Below, piece by piece: positions 9,354 to 17,775 of a stretch of 64,000 bases of DNA. Made by a program: the position numbers and the translations under genes. A model generated the notes under the pieces. It saw only the letters and a program-made list of their open reading frames with translations. It searched no databases and was not told the DNA's origin. The stretch's first letter is position 1, and each line of letters starts with the position of its first letter. Source of the DNA: Chloroflexota bacterium (GTDB taxonomy: Bacteria > Chloroflexota > Dehalococcoidia > Lucifugimonadales > UBA826); contig PBKS01000009.1 in the NCBI GenBank assembly GCA_002722155.1, forward strand, positions 2,748 to 66,747, in the 5' to 3' direction.

Positions 9354-10373
9354 TTAAGTATTCCTTGATTTCGTGTAAATACGATCGCTAAATATTTTTC
9401 CAAAATCTTTTATTCCACCTGGGACAAAAAATCTTCCCATGTTGCTCCGACTTGCATGAATTTGGGATCCAACATACTCGTTAAAGCCAGGAATCAGCTC
9501 TTGGGGTGACAAGCCCATACTCGAGATATTTTCAAAAAAAACGGAATTATCCGTAGGCCTCAGGTTCGGATATGATACAAATCCTATGCCTCCAGTATTT
9601 TCCCTAATCATCTCACCACCAACATTAACGAATCTAGTCAACCCTTGCACAGTATAAGGCGGGTCTGTGATAAATATGTCATGCATATTTTTATGCTGTT
9701 TCGGAATCTCCTCAATCAAATTTATTTCATTCAAATTGATATTTAGACCAAATTGTTTACATTTCGAATCAATAAAATCCAACACTCTCTGGTCAATATC
9801 GAAAACAGTCAAACTATTTATTTCCAATTGAAATCGATTGGAAAACATTGCTATAGCCAAGGAACTGAGATCATCGTCTCCCAGTATCGCTATATCTCTG
9901 CCTTCGAGGCCGTCATTTTCATGAAAGTACATGACTCTTTTAAAACAAGTATCGGAAAGCACATGAGACTGGTCCAAACTGTAGTCAGGGGAGGGTCTTT
10001 CCGATACTAGTTTCTCAAATTCCAAAATTAACTTTTTGACTGAGTCCGAAATTACGTATCTATCACTCGAAGCTGGACGGAGGGTGTCGAGCACGCCAAG
10101 AGTTGTTAATATTTTCACGCCGTACTCGGTCAAAATTGCGCCACTCCTCCTTGAAAGAAGTCCCCTCCTCTCTAATTCTCTACGAGCGGCTGATACAGCT
10201 GGTACAGGTATACCCGTCGCTCTTGAAATATCATGTAACGGGACATTTTTGCCTCTCAATATTTCCCGCATGATCAGCCTCACCCCTTGATACCCTTCTT
10301 GAAGTCGTGAATCAAGAGAGACCCGAACTAAAATGTCTTCCGCCTGAATTCTATTCATAAACCACCGAAACAC
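9354..10373 (-). CDS. BpsA/DUF43-family aminopropyltransferase-like protein with N-terminal winged-HTH
   Basis: ILGDDDLSSLAIAM and IFITDPPYTVQG motifs of the branched-chain polyamine synthase (DUF43) fold. N-terminal HDISRATGIPVPAVSAARRELERRGLL HTH. Start is GTG 10373 or ATG 10358. Confidence 0.7.
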   Translation of the reverse strand: MFRWFMNRIQAEDILVRVSLDSRLQEGYQGVRLIMREILRGKNVPLHDISRATGIPVPAVSAARRELERRGLLSRRSGAILTEYGVKILTTLGVLDTLRPASSDRYVISDSVKKLILEFEKLVSERPSPDYSLDQSHVLSDTCFKRVMYFHENDGLEGRDIAILGDDDLSSLAIAMFSNRFQLEINSLTVFDIDQRVLDFIDSKCKQFGLNINLNEINLIEEIPKQHKNMHDIFITDPPYTVQGLTRFVNVGGEMIRENTGGIGFVSYPNLRPTDNSVFFENISSMGLSPQELIPGFNEYVGSQIHASRSNMGRFFVPGGIKDFGKIFSDRIYTKSRNT

Positions 10374-10624
10374 TCTATTAAATTAATTTCATGATGCCTA
10401 ATAACAAACCTATAGCGCAAAATCGTTATAAGGAATCGTATACCAATTTTTACGGTGGCAGCGCGTTATTTGGCCATGACCGTAAAGCCTTAAAGGAGGC
10501 GGCATTTCACGAACTTTGAAAACAATAGGAGGTTAGCTGAAAACTACACCTAAAAGCTGTAGAGATGGACACAACATGCAATCCGTTATACCGAAAAACA
10601 CGCCACACCCATGACCTCAGGGGT

Positions 10625-10673
10625 AGCTGGTACCATACCAGCTTAATGCCAAAGCAGAATTTATCATTCTGCT
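10625..10673 (-). terminator. Two adjacent 8-bp stem-loops about 100 nt downstream of the ABC ATPase gene (weak terminator candidate)
   Basis: AGCTGGTA-CCA-TACCAGCT (10625..10643) and AGCAGAAT-TTATC-ATTCTGCT (10653..10673). On the minus strand the latter is followed by TTTGG. Confidence 0.3.
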
Positions 10674-10763
10674 GAGATTTGAGCTAAAGCAATCATTCCA
10701 ATTTTTTGTATCTAATGCCTCAAATCCAAAGGTTTGCTAGTAGCAATTTTTTTTATAGCACCA

Positions 10764-11819
10764 CTATCCTTCCCTTGGAAACCAGTAGCAACCGTGTTCG
10801 TCAACGCAATGAGCACAGTGTGCAACTAAATGTCCAGGGCTAATCTCTCTCATCACCAGTTCGTTATCGTCGCAGGCTGGATCTGGAGTAGGGCACAGAG
10901 GATCGTAGCTACATGCAGAAGGGGGTGACATAGGACTTGGTACTCCTCCCCTTAGGATTATTCTTTCTCTTTCAGCTTCCATCAACGGATCTGGTATCGG
11001 AACAGCAGATAGGAGAGCTTTTGTGTACGGGTGCACAGGATTTTCATACAGCTCATTTCTTTCAGCTATTTCCACTATATGCCCTAAATACATGACTGCT
11101 ATACGATCACTTATATGCTTCACAACTGATAAATCATGGGCAATAAATAGATATGTTAGACCTAGGTCCTCTTGAAGATCTTCGAGCAAATTAATTATTT
11201 GAGCCTGTATTGAAACATCCAGCGCTGATACTGGCTCATCACAAACTATAAAACTTGGGTTTACTGCAAGGGCTCTTGCAATACCTATTCTCTGTCTTTG
11301 ACCTCCACTAAATTCATGTGGGTAGCGATCTGCCATATATGGGCTAAGACCGCAAGTAGTTAGCAATTCGGAAACTCTATCCCTATATTCCCCTTTGCTT
11401 TCAGTCAATTTGTGGACCTTTAGAGGTTCCCCCACTATATCCCCACAAGTCATACGGGGATTAAGAGATCCATAGGGATCCTGGAAGATCACCTGCATCT
11501 CTCGTCGCATTGAACGCAATTCACCTGTGTTCAGAGAAGTTATATCTGTTCCATCAAAAATAACCTCACCTGCGGTAGGCTCATACAGCTGAAGAATACA
11601 TCTACCAGTTGTGGTTTTACCGCATCCGCTTTCACCTACGAGGCCAAGTGCCTCACCTTTTCGAATCGTAAAGGTTACATCGTCCACAGCCTTTACGTCG
11701 GCAACTTTTCTTTGGAAAATAATTCCTTCAGTCACGGGAAAGTACATTTTAAGGTTATTCACCTCAACCAATGTATCTCCTACCTTAGCTCCGGATTTTG
11801 CCTCTATTGATGTAGTCAT
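10764..11819 (-). CDS. Oligopeptide/dipeptide ABC transporter ATP-binding protein (OppF/DppF type)
   Basis: GESGCGKTT Walker A, FSGGQRQR signature, [11 protein letters not shown] Walker B. Oligopeptide C-terminal domain plus a Cys-rich tail. Confidence 0.85.
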   Translation of the reverse strand: MTTSIEAKSGAKVGDTLVEVNNLKMYFPVTEGIIFQRKVADVKAVDDVTFTIRKGEALGLVGESGCGKTTTGRCILQLYEPTAGEVIFDGTDITSLNTGELRSMRREMQVIFQDPYGSLNPRMTCGDIVGEPLKVHKLTESKGEYRDRVSELLTTCGLSPYMADRYPHEFSGGQRQRIGIARALAVNPSFIVCDEPVSALDVSIQAQIINLLEDLQEDLGLTYLFIAHDLSVVKHISDRIAVMYLGHIVEIAERNELYENPVHPYTKALLSAVPIPDPLMEAERERIILRGGVPSPMSPPSACSYDPLCPTPDPACDDNELVMREISPGHLVAHCAHCVDEHGCYWFPREG

Positions 11820-11874
11820 TTCATATCCACCTAACGTGATTAACTATTCAAAATAAAATCTTGCTATTATCAAA

Positions 11875-12888
11875 TTACGAGTCCCTAGGAAACCATTTGC
11901 ATCCATATTCTTCTTCACAATGAGCACAATACGCGACCCAATGGTTAGGTTCTTCTTCCCTCAAGACAGGCTCTCCAGTAAGACATTCTTCAACAGGCTC
12001 AGAACAGTTAGATTGGAACCCACAACCTGCAGGTCTATTGCCAAGGTTGGGTGGCATGCCTTCGATCGCCTCCAGCCTTTCTCTTGTGTCATCATCGGCA
12101 TCTAATCGGGGCACCGAATTGAGTAGTCCCCTCGTATAAGGGTGCAAAGGATTTTTATAGATCTCAACCGCAGTTGATGTTTCCACAATTTTACCAGCAT
12201 ACATAACAATTACCCGATCAGCATATCTGGCTACTACACCTAGATTGTGGGTAATTATAATCAAGGCCGTTCCTAAATCCCTGGCCAAATCCTGCATCAA
12301 TTCCAATATCTGTGCCTGTATGGTGACGTCCAGCGCAGTTGTTGGCTCGTCAGCAATGATTAACTTCGGGTCACAACTTAGAGCCATTGCAATCATCACC
12401 CTTTGCCGCATTCCTCCACTGAATTGATGCGGGTAATCGTCTAGACGAGTATCCGCATCAGGAATTCCAACCATTGTGAGCAACTCTGAGGCCCGTGCTC
12501 TCGATTCCGACTTGTTCATATTTTGGTGTAATTCCAAGGTCTCCGTTAATTGGCGACCGACAGTGAGAACTGGGTTCAGCGAGGTCATCGGTTCCTGGAA
12601 AACCATAGAAATGTTGTTCCCTCGAATATTCCTCATTTCTTTTTCATCCATTTGGACGAGATCTTCACCACCAAACAACACCTCTCCATCGACTATTCTT
12701 CCGGGAGGGCTCGCGACCAAACGCATTATAGACATAGCACCCACACTTTTGCCGCAACCACTCTCTCCAACTATCCCTACTACTTCTCCTTCAGCGACCT
12801 CATATGAAATCCCATCAACGGCTTTAACAACACCGTCAGCAGTGAAAAAATGGGTTTTTAAATTTTTAACTTCCAGCAACGGAGCCAT
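11875..12888 (-). CDS. Oligopeptide/dipeptide ABC transporter ATP-binding protein (OppD/DppD type)
   Basis: GESGCGKSV, FSGGMRQRV, IIADEPTTALD. C-terminal oligopeptide domain plus a Cys-rich tail. Confidence 0.85.
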   Translation of the reverse strand: MAPLLEVKNLKTHFFTADGVVKAVDGISYEVAEGEVVGIVGESGCGKSVGAMSIMRLVASPPGRIVDGEVLFGGEDLVQMDEKEMRNIRGNNISMVFQEPMTSLNPVLTVGRQLTETLELHQNMNKSESRARASELLTMVGIPDADTRLDDYPHQFSGGMRQRVMIAMALSCDPKLIIADEPTTALDVTIQAQILELMQDLARDLGTALIIITHNLGVVARYADRVIVMYAGKIVETSTAVEIYKNPLHPYTRGLLNSVPRLDADDDTRERLEAIEGMPPNLGNRPAGCGFQSNCSEPVEECLTGEPVLREEEPNHWVAYCAHCEEEYGCKWFPRDS

Positions 12889-13015
12889 AGATCATCCTCC
12901 TTGTTGCCATTTCAAGTATTATATTTTTATCGTACCAATTTGATATTGTGTAGCACATTCTAATGAACAGATTGAATACTAACAACTCATACTCGCAATA
13001 TTTGCGGTCAAATTA

Positions 13016-13732
13016 TCAAGATAACCGACCTTCAGTTAGTGAATTTAGATTATCAACCACCATTTCTACTGCGTGATCAATACTCATTTCACTAGTGTTA
13101 ACGGTAAAATGAAAAAGCTCGGGCGCATCAGGTTCATCCAGTTCAAAAAACTTTTTGAAATAATGGCTCCTAGCTGCATCTCGTTGTTTCAGAGTAGCAA
13201 TAGCATCTTCCCGACCAATGGATTCTCTATTCATTAGAGTGTGAATTCTCTGTTCAAGCGAAGCAACAACCCCTATTCTCAAGACATTTGGCATGTCCTT
13301 GAGTATGACATGACCACCCCTCCCAACAAATACTACGTCTCCGTCATCTGCCATTTCTTTCATAGTAGCTTCTATTGCTTCTATGTAAACCTCATCCTGA
13401 ACCTCATGGCCATGAGTCATTATTGGAGCAGGCATGTCCTCATATTCCGCGGTAAGCAACCCAGTAATACCAGGACCAAAGTACGGATCGCCAGCTGATC
13501 CTGTTACCGCGGACCTCTCTAAAAGCCTTTGCACAACCTGTATCCACTTCTCTACCCGCGTTGGAAGTTTCTCTTCTCTTTGGTGCAAAGCCTCCACCGT
13601 CACTCCTAATTCCTTTGCCACAGAAGAGAGAAAAATCCTATCCACATAGTCTGCCTTCAATTTCGCAGCAACCAGTGGCCCAATATCCCTTGCTCCGCCC
13701 CCAGCCATACCGCCAAGCGTAATCGCGTACAT
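13016..13732 (-). CDS. Cytidylate kinase-like family protein
   Basis: N-terminal ITLGGMAGGGARDIGPLVAAKL P-loop-like segment; size and layout of the Cytidylate_kin2 family. Confidence 0.6.
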   Translation of the reverse strand: MYAITLGGMAGGGARDIGPLVAAKLKADYVDRIFLSSVAKELGVTVEALHQREEKLPTRVEKWIQVVQRLLERSAVTGSAGDPYFGPGITGLLTAEYEDMPAPIMTHGHEVQDEVYIEAIEATMKEMADDGDVVFVGRGGHVILKDMPNVLRIGVVASLEQRIHTLMNRESIGREDAIATLKQRDAARSHYFKKFFELDEPDAPELFHFTVNTSEMSIDHAVEMVVDNLNSLTEGRLS

Positions 13733-13838
13733 TTATCACCTCCGCCAAATAAGATTTGTTGTTTTCACAACGGTGCGTGAATCCCTGTACAACACAACCT
13801 ACTGAATGCTTTCAAACATCACAACATCTGTCAAATAT

Positions 13839-14351
13839 CTAATATTCAACCAAGTAAAATAGATTTTCCTCTTCTAAAATTTCGGTGTTACATAATTCCT
13901 TCAATAAAATCACCGCATTTACTCCTGATACAGTTCCGCCCATTTTTTCTATTAAGTTTTGGGAAGCTCGTATAGTTCCACCAGTTGCAATCAAATCATC
14001 AACCAATAGCACCCTCTGACCAGGGCGTATAGCATCTGCATGAATTTGCAAAATATCAGAACCATATTCAAGTTCATACTTAACTTCTTCTGTGTGATAA
14101 GGCAATTTACCTGACTTTCGAATCGGTACGAATGGCAAATTCATCTTGTATGCAAGCGTGGGACCAAAAATAAATCCTCTGGATTCTATAGCTACAATAA
14201 GATCAGGAGCAATTGCCCTAGATCTTGTTACAAAAGTCTCAACACAATAACTAAAAACTTCTGGACGCAGCAAAATCGGCGTTATATCCCGAAACAATAC
14301 ACCAGGCTTGGGGAAGTCAGGAATATTCCTTACATAAGGTTTCAAATCCAT
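13839..14351 (-). CDS. apt: Adenine phosphoribosyltransferase
   Basis: VLLVDDLIATGGT PRPP-binding motif, 170 aa, FRDITP. Confidence 0.9.
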   Translation of the reverse strand: MDLKPYVRNIPDFPKPGVLFRDITPILLRPEVFSYCVETFVTRSRAIAPDLIVAIESRGFIFGPTLAYKMNLPFVPIRKSGKLPYHTEEVKYELEYGSDILQIHADAIRPGQRVLLVDDLIATGGTIRASQNLIEKMGGTVSGVNAVILLKELCNTEILEEENLFYLVEY

Positions 14352-14799
14352 AGGAAAACTCTCTTGAGAAATGATTTACATACAGAAAACATTCAAATGC
14401 TTGTTGTTGAAAGGAATCATAAACGGTTGTACCAGAAAGAGAAACTATCGATAATCATCATTTGGAAAAGAATATTTATTCCAATGTATAGACCTTGCTT
14501 GAAGCTCAAGAGGCCAACCTTGCCTCAGCTATTCCCTCTTAATCTCAATAGGCTTCAATCGCAACATATTCCTCTGTAAACACAATCAAAAATAATAAGT
14601 CAGACACTATCAATCAGGTATGATACCGTCGCACGCTCACCGTATAGGAATCGATAAAAATAGCTCTGAGAAATTATACAAATAGGGATAGTCTTATTTC
14701 CTCAAGGATTAAAATTAACAAACCTACCAATTTCACCCTCTCGGTATATCGAAATCAACTTTTTTATTGCGCACCGGATTAAAACAAGGAGAATATAGA

Positions 14800-15084
14800 A
14801 TGATAGGAGTTTTGACTCACCACTGGGCCAAGGAAAAACGATTTGAAAAGGCCAGACATATTTTGGACAGAAATGGAGCAGCACAAAGTAGAGCTCCAGG
14901 ATTTATTAACCGCACTACTTTACTATCCAAAAATAACCCCTCCCAAATAAGTTCTTTGGTAATTTGGGAAAACGATGAGATTTATGACCAATGGAAGGCA
15001 AGCCCCGAAAGAGCTAAAGCAATGAAAAACGCAGACTCCATGTGGAGCCAACCTCCTATATCAGAGAGGTTCGATATACCCTAG
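14800..15084 (+). CDS. Small ABM (antibiotic biosynthesis monooxygenase)-like domain protein
   Basis: About 94 aa ferredoxin-like pattern (MIGVLTHHW ... SSLVIWENDEIYDQWKASPE). ATG 14800 is preceded by AAGGAG; the tracked ORF start 14767 is less likely. Confidence 0.55.
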   Translation: MIGVLTHHWAKEKRFEKARHILDRNGAAQSRAPGFINRTTLLSKNNPSQISSLVIWENDEIYDQWKASPERAKAMKNADSMWSQPPISERFDIP

Positions 15085-15103
15085 TGTGACAGACGCAACA
15101 TTA

Positions 15104-16351
15104 TCATTCTGAATACGAACTAAATATGACGCAGGCATTCTGGCCGCCGAAACCAAAATTATTGGAAAGCACAGTGTCGACCTCAGATTTTCTCGCGACA
15201 TTGGGAACATAATCTAAATCACATTTTGGATCGGGAATTTCATAGTTGATGGTAGGTGGAATCAAATTCGCTTGAATCGTTTTTAAAGAGGCCACTGCTT
15301 CAATAGCACCTGCTCCACCCAAAGCATGGCCTATCATCGATTTATTTGAACTAATAGGTATTTTGTATGCAAGATCACCAAATGCAAGTTTGATCGCTTT
15401 AGTTTCTGAAGCGTCGTTTAAGGGAGTCGAAGTTCCATGGGCATTGATATAATCAATATCTGAAAATCGCTTCCCTGCATTTTTAATAGCCCATTTTATA
15501 GCCCTGGCTGCTCCTTCACCATTTTCATCAGGTTGAACAGCATGATAGGCATCGGAAGACACAGCATACCCTATAATTTCCCCTTTGATTTCGGCTCCTC
15601 TCGCTATAGCATGTTCCAAACTTTCAATTACCAAAACTCCAGCACCTTCAGCCGGAACAAACCCGTCTCGATTGCTATCAAAAGGTTTACTAGCACTTTT
15701 AGGGTCTCCCTCATAACGACTCAAGGCACGTATAACATGAAATCCACCAAGACCTATCCTACTTATGCCAGCTTCACAACCTCCGGCAACTATTACATCC
15801 GCAGCACCTCTTCTTATAGCCTCATAAGCCTCCCCTATAGCCTGATTACCCGCAGCACATGCCGTAATTACAGTAGAGGTGTATCCCGTTAAATTGAATA
15901 TCCGACTTACCTGGGCCGCCGCCATATTTGGAAGTATCATTGGAATGAAAAAAGGGCTTACTCGCATTCCTCCTTTTTCAAATAGTATCTTGGCATTATC
16001 TTCCGTAGTAGGAAATCCTCCGTTTCCGTTACCCATTACTACCCCGATCCTCTCATTGTTATGAGAAACATCAATGCCGGAATCTTCAATGGCAGTAGAC
16101 GCCGCCGCAACAGCGAACTGTGAGAATCGGGCCATCCTTCGGGTCTCTTTCGGATTAGCGTATTGGCCAGCATCAAATCCAGTGACCTCTCCAGCTATAT
16201 CTCCTGGAAATCCATCTGTATCGCATTGAGTAATCTTACCTATGCCTGAGCGCCCACTGGACAATCCATCCCAAAACTCATCTACAGTTTCCCCTAATGG
16301 AGACATCACTCCTAAACCGGTAACTACTACTCTTGTGCCTTCTTTAGCCAT
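15104..16351 (-). CDS. fabF: 3-oxoacyl-ACP synthase II
   Basis: ITACAAGNQAIGEA active-site Cys, HGTSTPLND, GHALGGAGA. Confidence 0.9.
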   Translation of the reverse strand: MAKEGTRVVVTGLGVMSPLGETVDEFWDGLSSGRSGIGKITQCDTDGFPGDIAGEVTGFDAGQYANPKETRRMARFSQFAVAAASTAIEDSGIDVSHNNERIGVVMGNGNGGFPTTEDNAKILFEKGGMRVSPFFIPMILPNMAAAQVSRIFNLTGYTSTVITACAAGNQAIGEAYEAIRRGAADVIVAGGCEAGISRIGLGGFHVIRALSRYEGDPKSASKPFDSNRDGFVPAEGAGVLVIESLEHAIARGAEIKGEIIGYAVSSDAYHAVQPDENGEGAARAIKWAIKNAGKRFSDIDYINAHGTSTPLNDASETKAIKLAFGDLAYKIPISSNKSMIGHALGGAGAIEAVASLKTIQANLIPPTINYEIPDPKCDLDYVPNVARKSEVDTVLSNNFGFGGQNACVIFSSYSE

Positions 16352-16410
16352 TACTCTTTAAACCCTCTAGTCTATCCTTACAATTTATCTAATTATCTAT
16401 CGCCATTATT

Positions 16411-17769
16411 TTAAGGTAAATTGGGATATATCTCAGGTGCAATGTGATTTAACACCTCCGATACCTCCCCCACAACCGACAAAGATCCTGTCGCCAATAT
16501 TAAATCTCTACCAGAGCAGATCTCTAAGGAATATTTTAATCCCTCATCAACTGTTTCAAAATCTTGAGTTGTTACTATATTAGAACTTATCGCAGCCAAC
16601 TTTATGATATTACTGTCAATTGCCTTAGGGTGCCGTGATGATACGGGAATGAGGATTACATCGAGTGAACTCAACGGTTCAAGAGATCTCTCTAAATCAT
16701 GACCGCTAATTGCCCCAAAAATAACAATTACCTTAGGTTTATTAAAAACACTATTCAATGTGTTTACCAAGGTTTTCATTGAATAGGGATTATGGGCCCC
16801 ATCCACGATCACAACTGGATTTGCATCCCTCAATATTTCAAACCTACCTGGCCAGTAAAGATTTGAAAATCCTAACTCAACAGCATTTTCTTTAATCAGA
16901 TAACCCAATTCTTCAAGAGTCTCAATAACACCTATCGCGGTAATAGCATTTTCAGTTTGGTGAATCCCTAGCATTGGGAGTGTAAATTCATAGTTCCTTC
17001 TACTAGAAATAACCTCTATAGATTGCCCAGACAGATCCTGATTTTTAACAACTACCTTGTATTCATCAGAAACTTTTTTAATCGGTGCATTAAGTTTATT
17101 TGCCGCCGCTACAATCACCTCCATTGGTTCTAAATTTTGAGGTGAAACAATTACCGGTGTTCTATCTTTTATTATTCCTGCCTTTTCCATCGCTATTTTT
17201 GCCAAGGTATCGCCTAAAATTCTGGTATGGTCAAGACTTATAGAAGTAATAGCTGAAACAACAGGTGAAATTATATTAGTAGCATCTAATCTACCTCCAA
17301 GACCTGTCTCCACCACCTGGAAATCGGCCTTAGACTGAGTGAAATAGTAAAATCCAGCGGCCACCATGAATTCAAACCAAGTAATCTCACCAAACTGGCC
17401 ATTTTCTCCAACATCCAATACCGAAGGCCACATCTGCTGAACCAAGTCTACAAAATGCTGTTCTGATATCGGATCAAATCCGATTCGAATTCTTTCAGTC
17501 AATTTATGTAAGTGCGGTGAGGTTATCAAACCTACTTTATAGCCAGAAAAACCTAGCACCGAAGCAATCATGGCGGAAGTAGTGCCTTTCCCCTTAGTAC
17601 CCGCTATATGAACCGATGGCACATTTAATTGTGGGTCACCCAGACCTTTACATAGTAGGCGCATTCTTTCTAAATGGAAAAACGAATGGTCCGGACTATT
17701 TTTACCTCTTTCAAAGTCAGCAAGACTCAGGGTCAGTTCAACTGCATCTTGATAAACAGAATTTTCCAA
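16411..17769 (-). CDS. folC: Bifunctional folylpolyglutamate synthase / dihydrofolate synthase
   Basis: HIAGTKGKGTT P-loop, Mur-ligase layout, 452 aa. TTG start lies 6 nt after the upstream stop. Confidence 0.85.
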   Translation of the reverse strand: MENSVYQDAVELTLSLADFERGKNSPDHSFFHLERMRLLCKGLGDPQLNVPSVHIAGTKGKGTTSAMIASVLGFSGYKVGLITSPHLHKLTERIRIGFDPISEQHFVDLVQQMWPSVLDVGENGQFGEITWFEFMVAAGFYYFTQSKADFQVVETGLGGRLDATNIISPVVSAITSISLDHTRILGDTLAKIAMEKAGIIKDRTPVIVSPQNLEPMEVIVAAANKLNAPIKKVSDEYKVVVKNQDLSGQSIEVISSRRNYEFTLPMLGIHQTENAITAIGVIETLEELGYLIKENAVELGFSNLYWPGRFEILRDANPVVIVDGAHNPYSMKTLVNTLNSVFNKPKVIVIFGAISGHDLERSLEPLSSLDVILIPVSSRHPKAIDSNIIKLAAISSNIVTTQDFETVDEGLKYSLEICSGRDLILATGSLSVVGEVSEVLNHIAPEIYPNLP

Positions 17770-17775
17770 AATAGT

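Noticed and set aside
10391-10522. 43-aa plus-strand ORF (MMPNNKPIAQNRYKESYTNFYGGSALFGHDRKALKEAAFHEL) in the long spacer
   Set aside because: No SD, no recognisable family, and it ends at an ordinary TGA followed two codons later by an in-frame TAG. It is kept only as part of the unassigned-spacer note.
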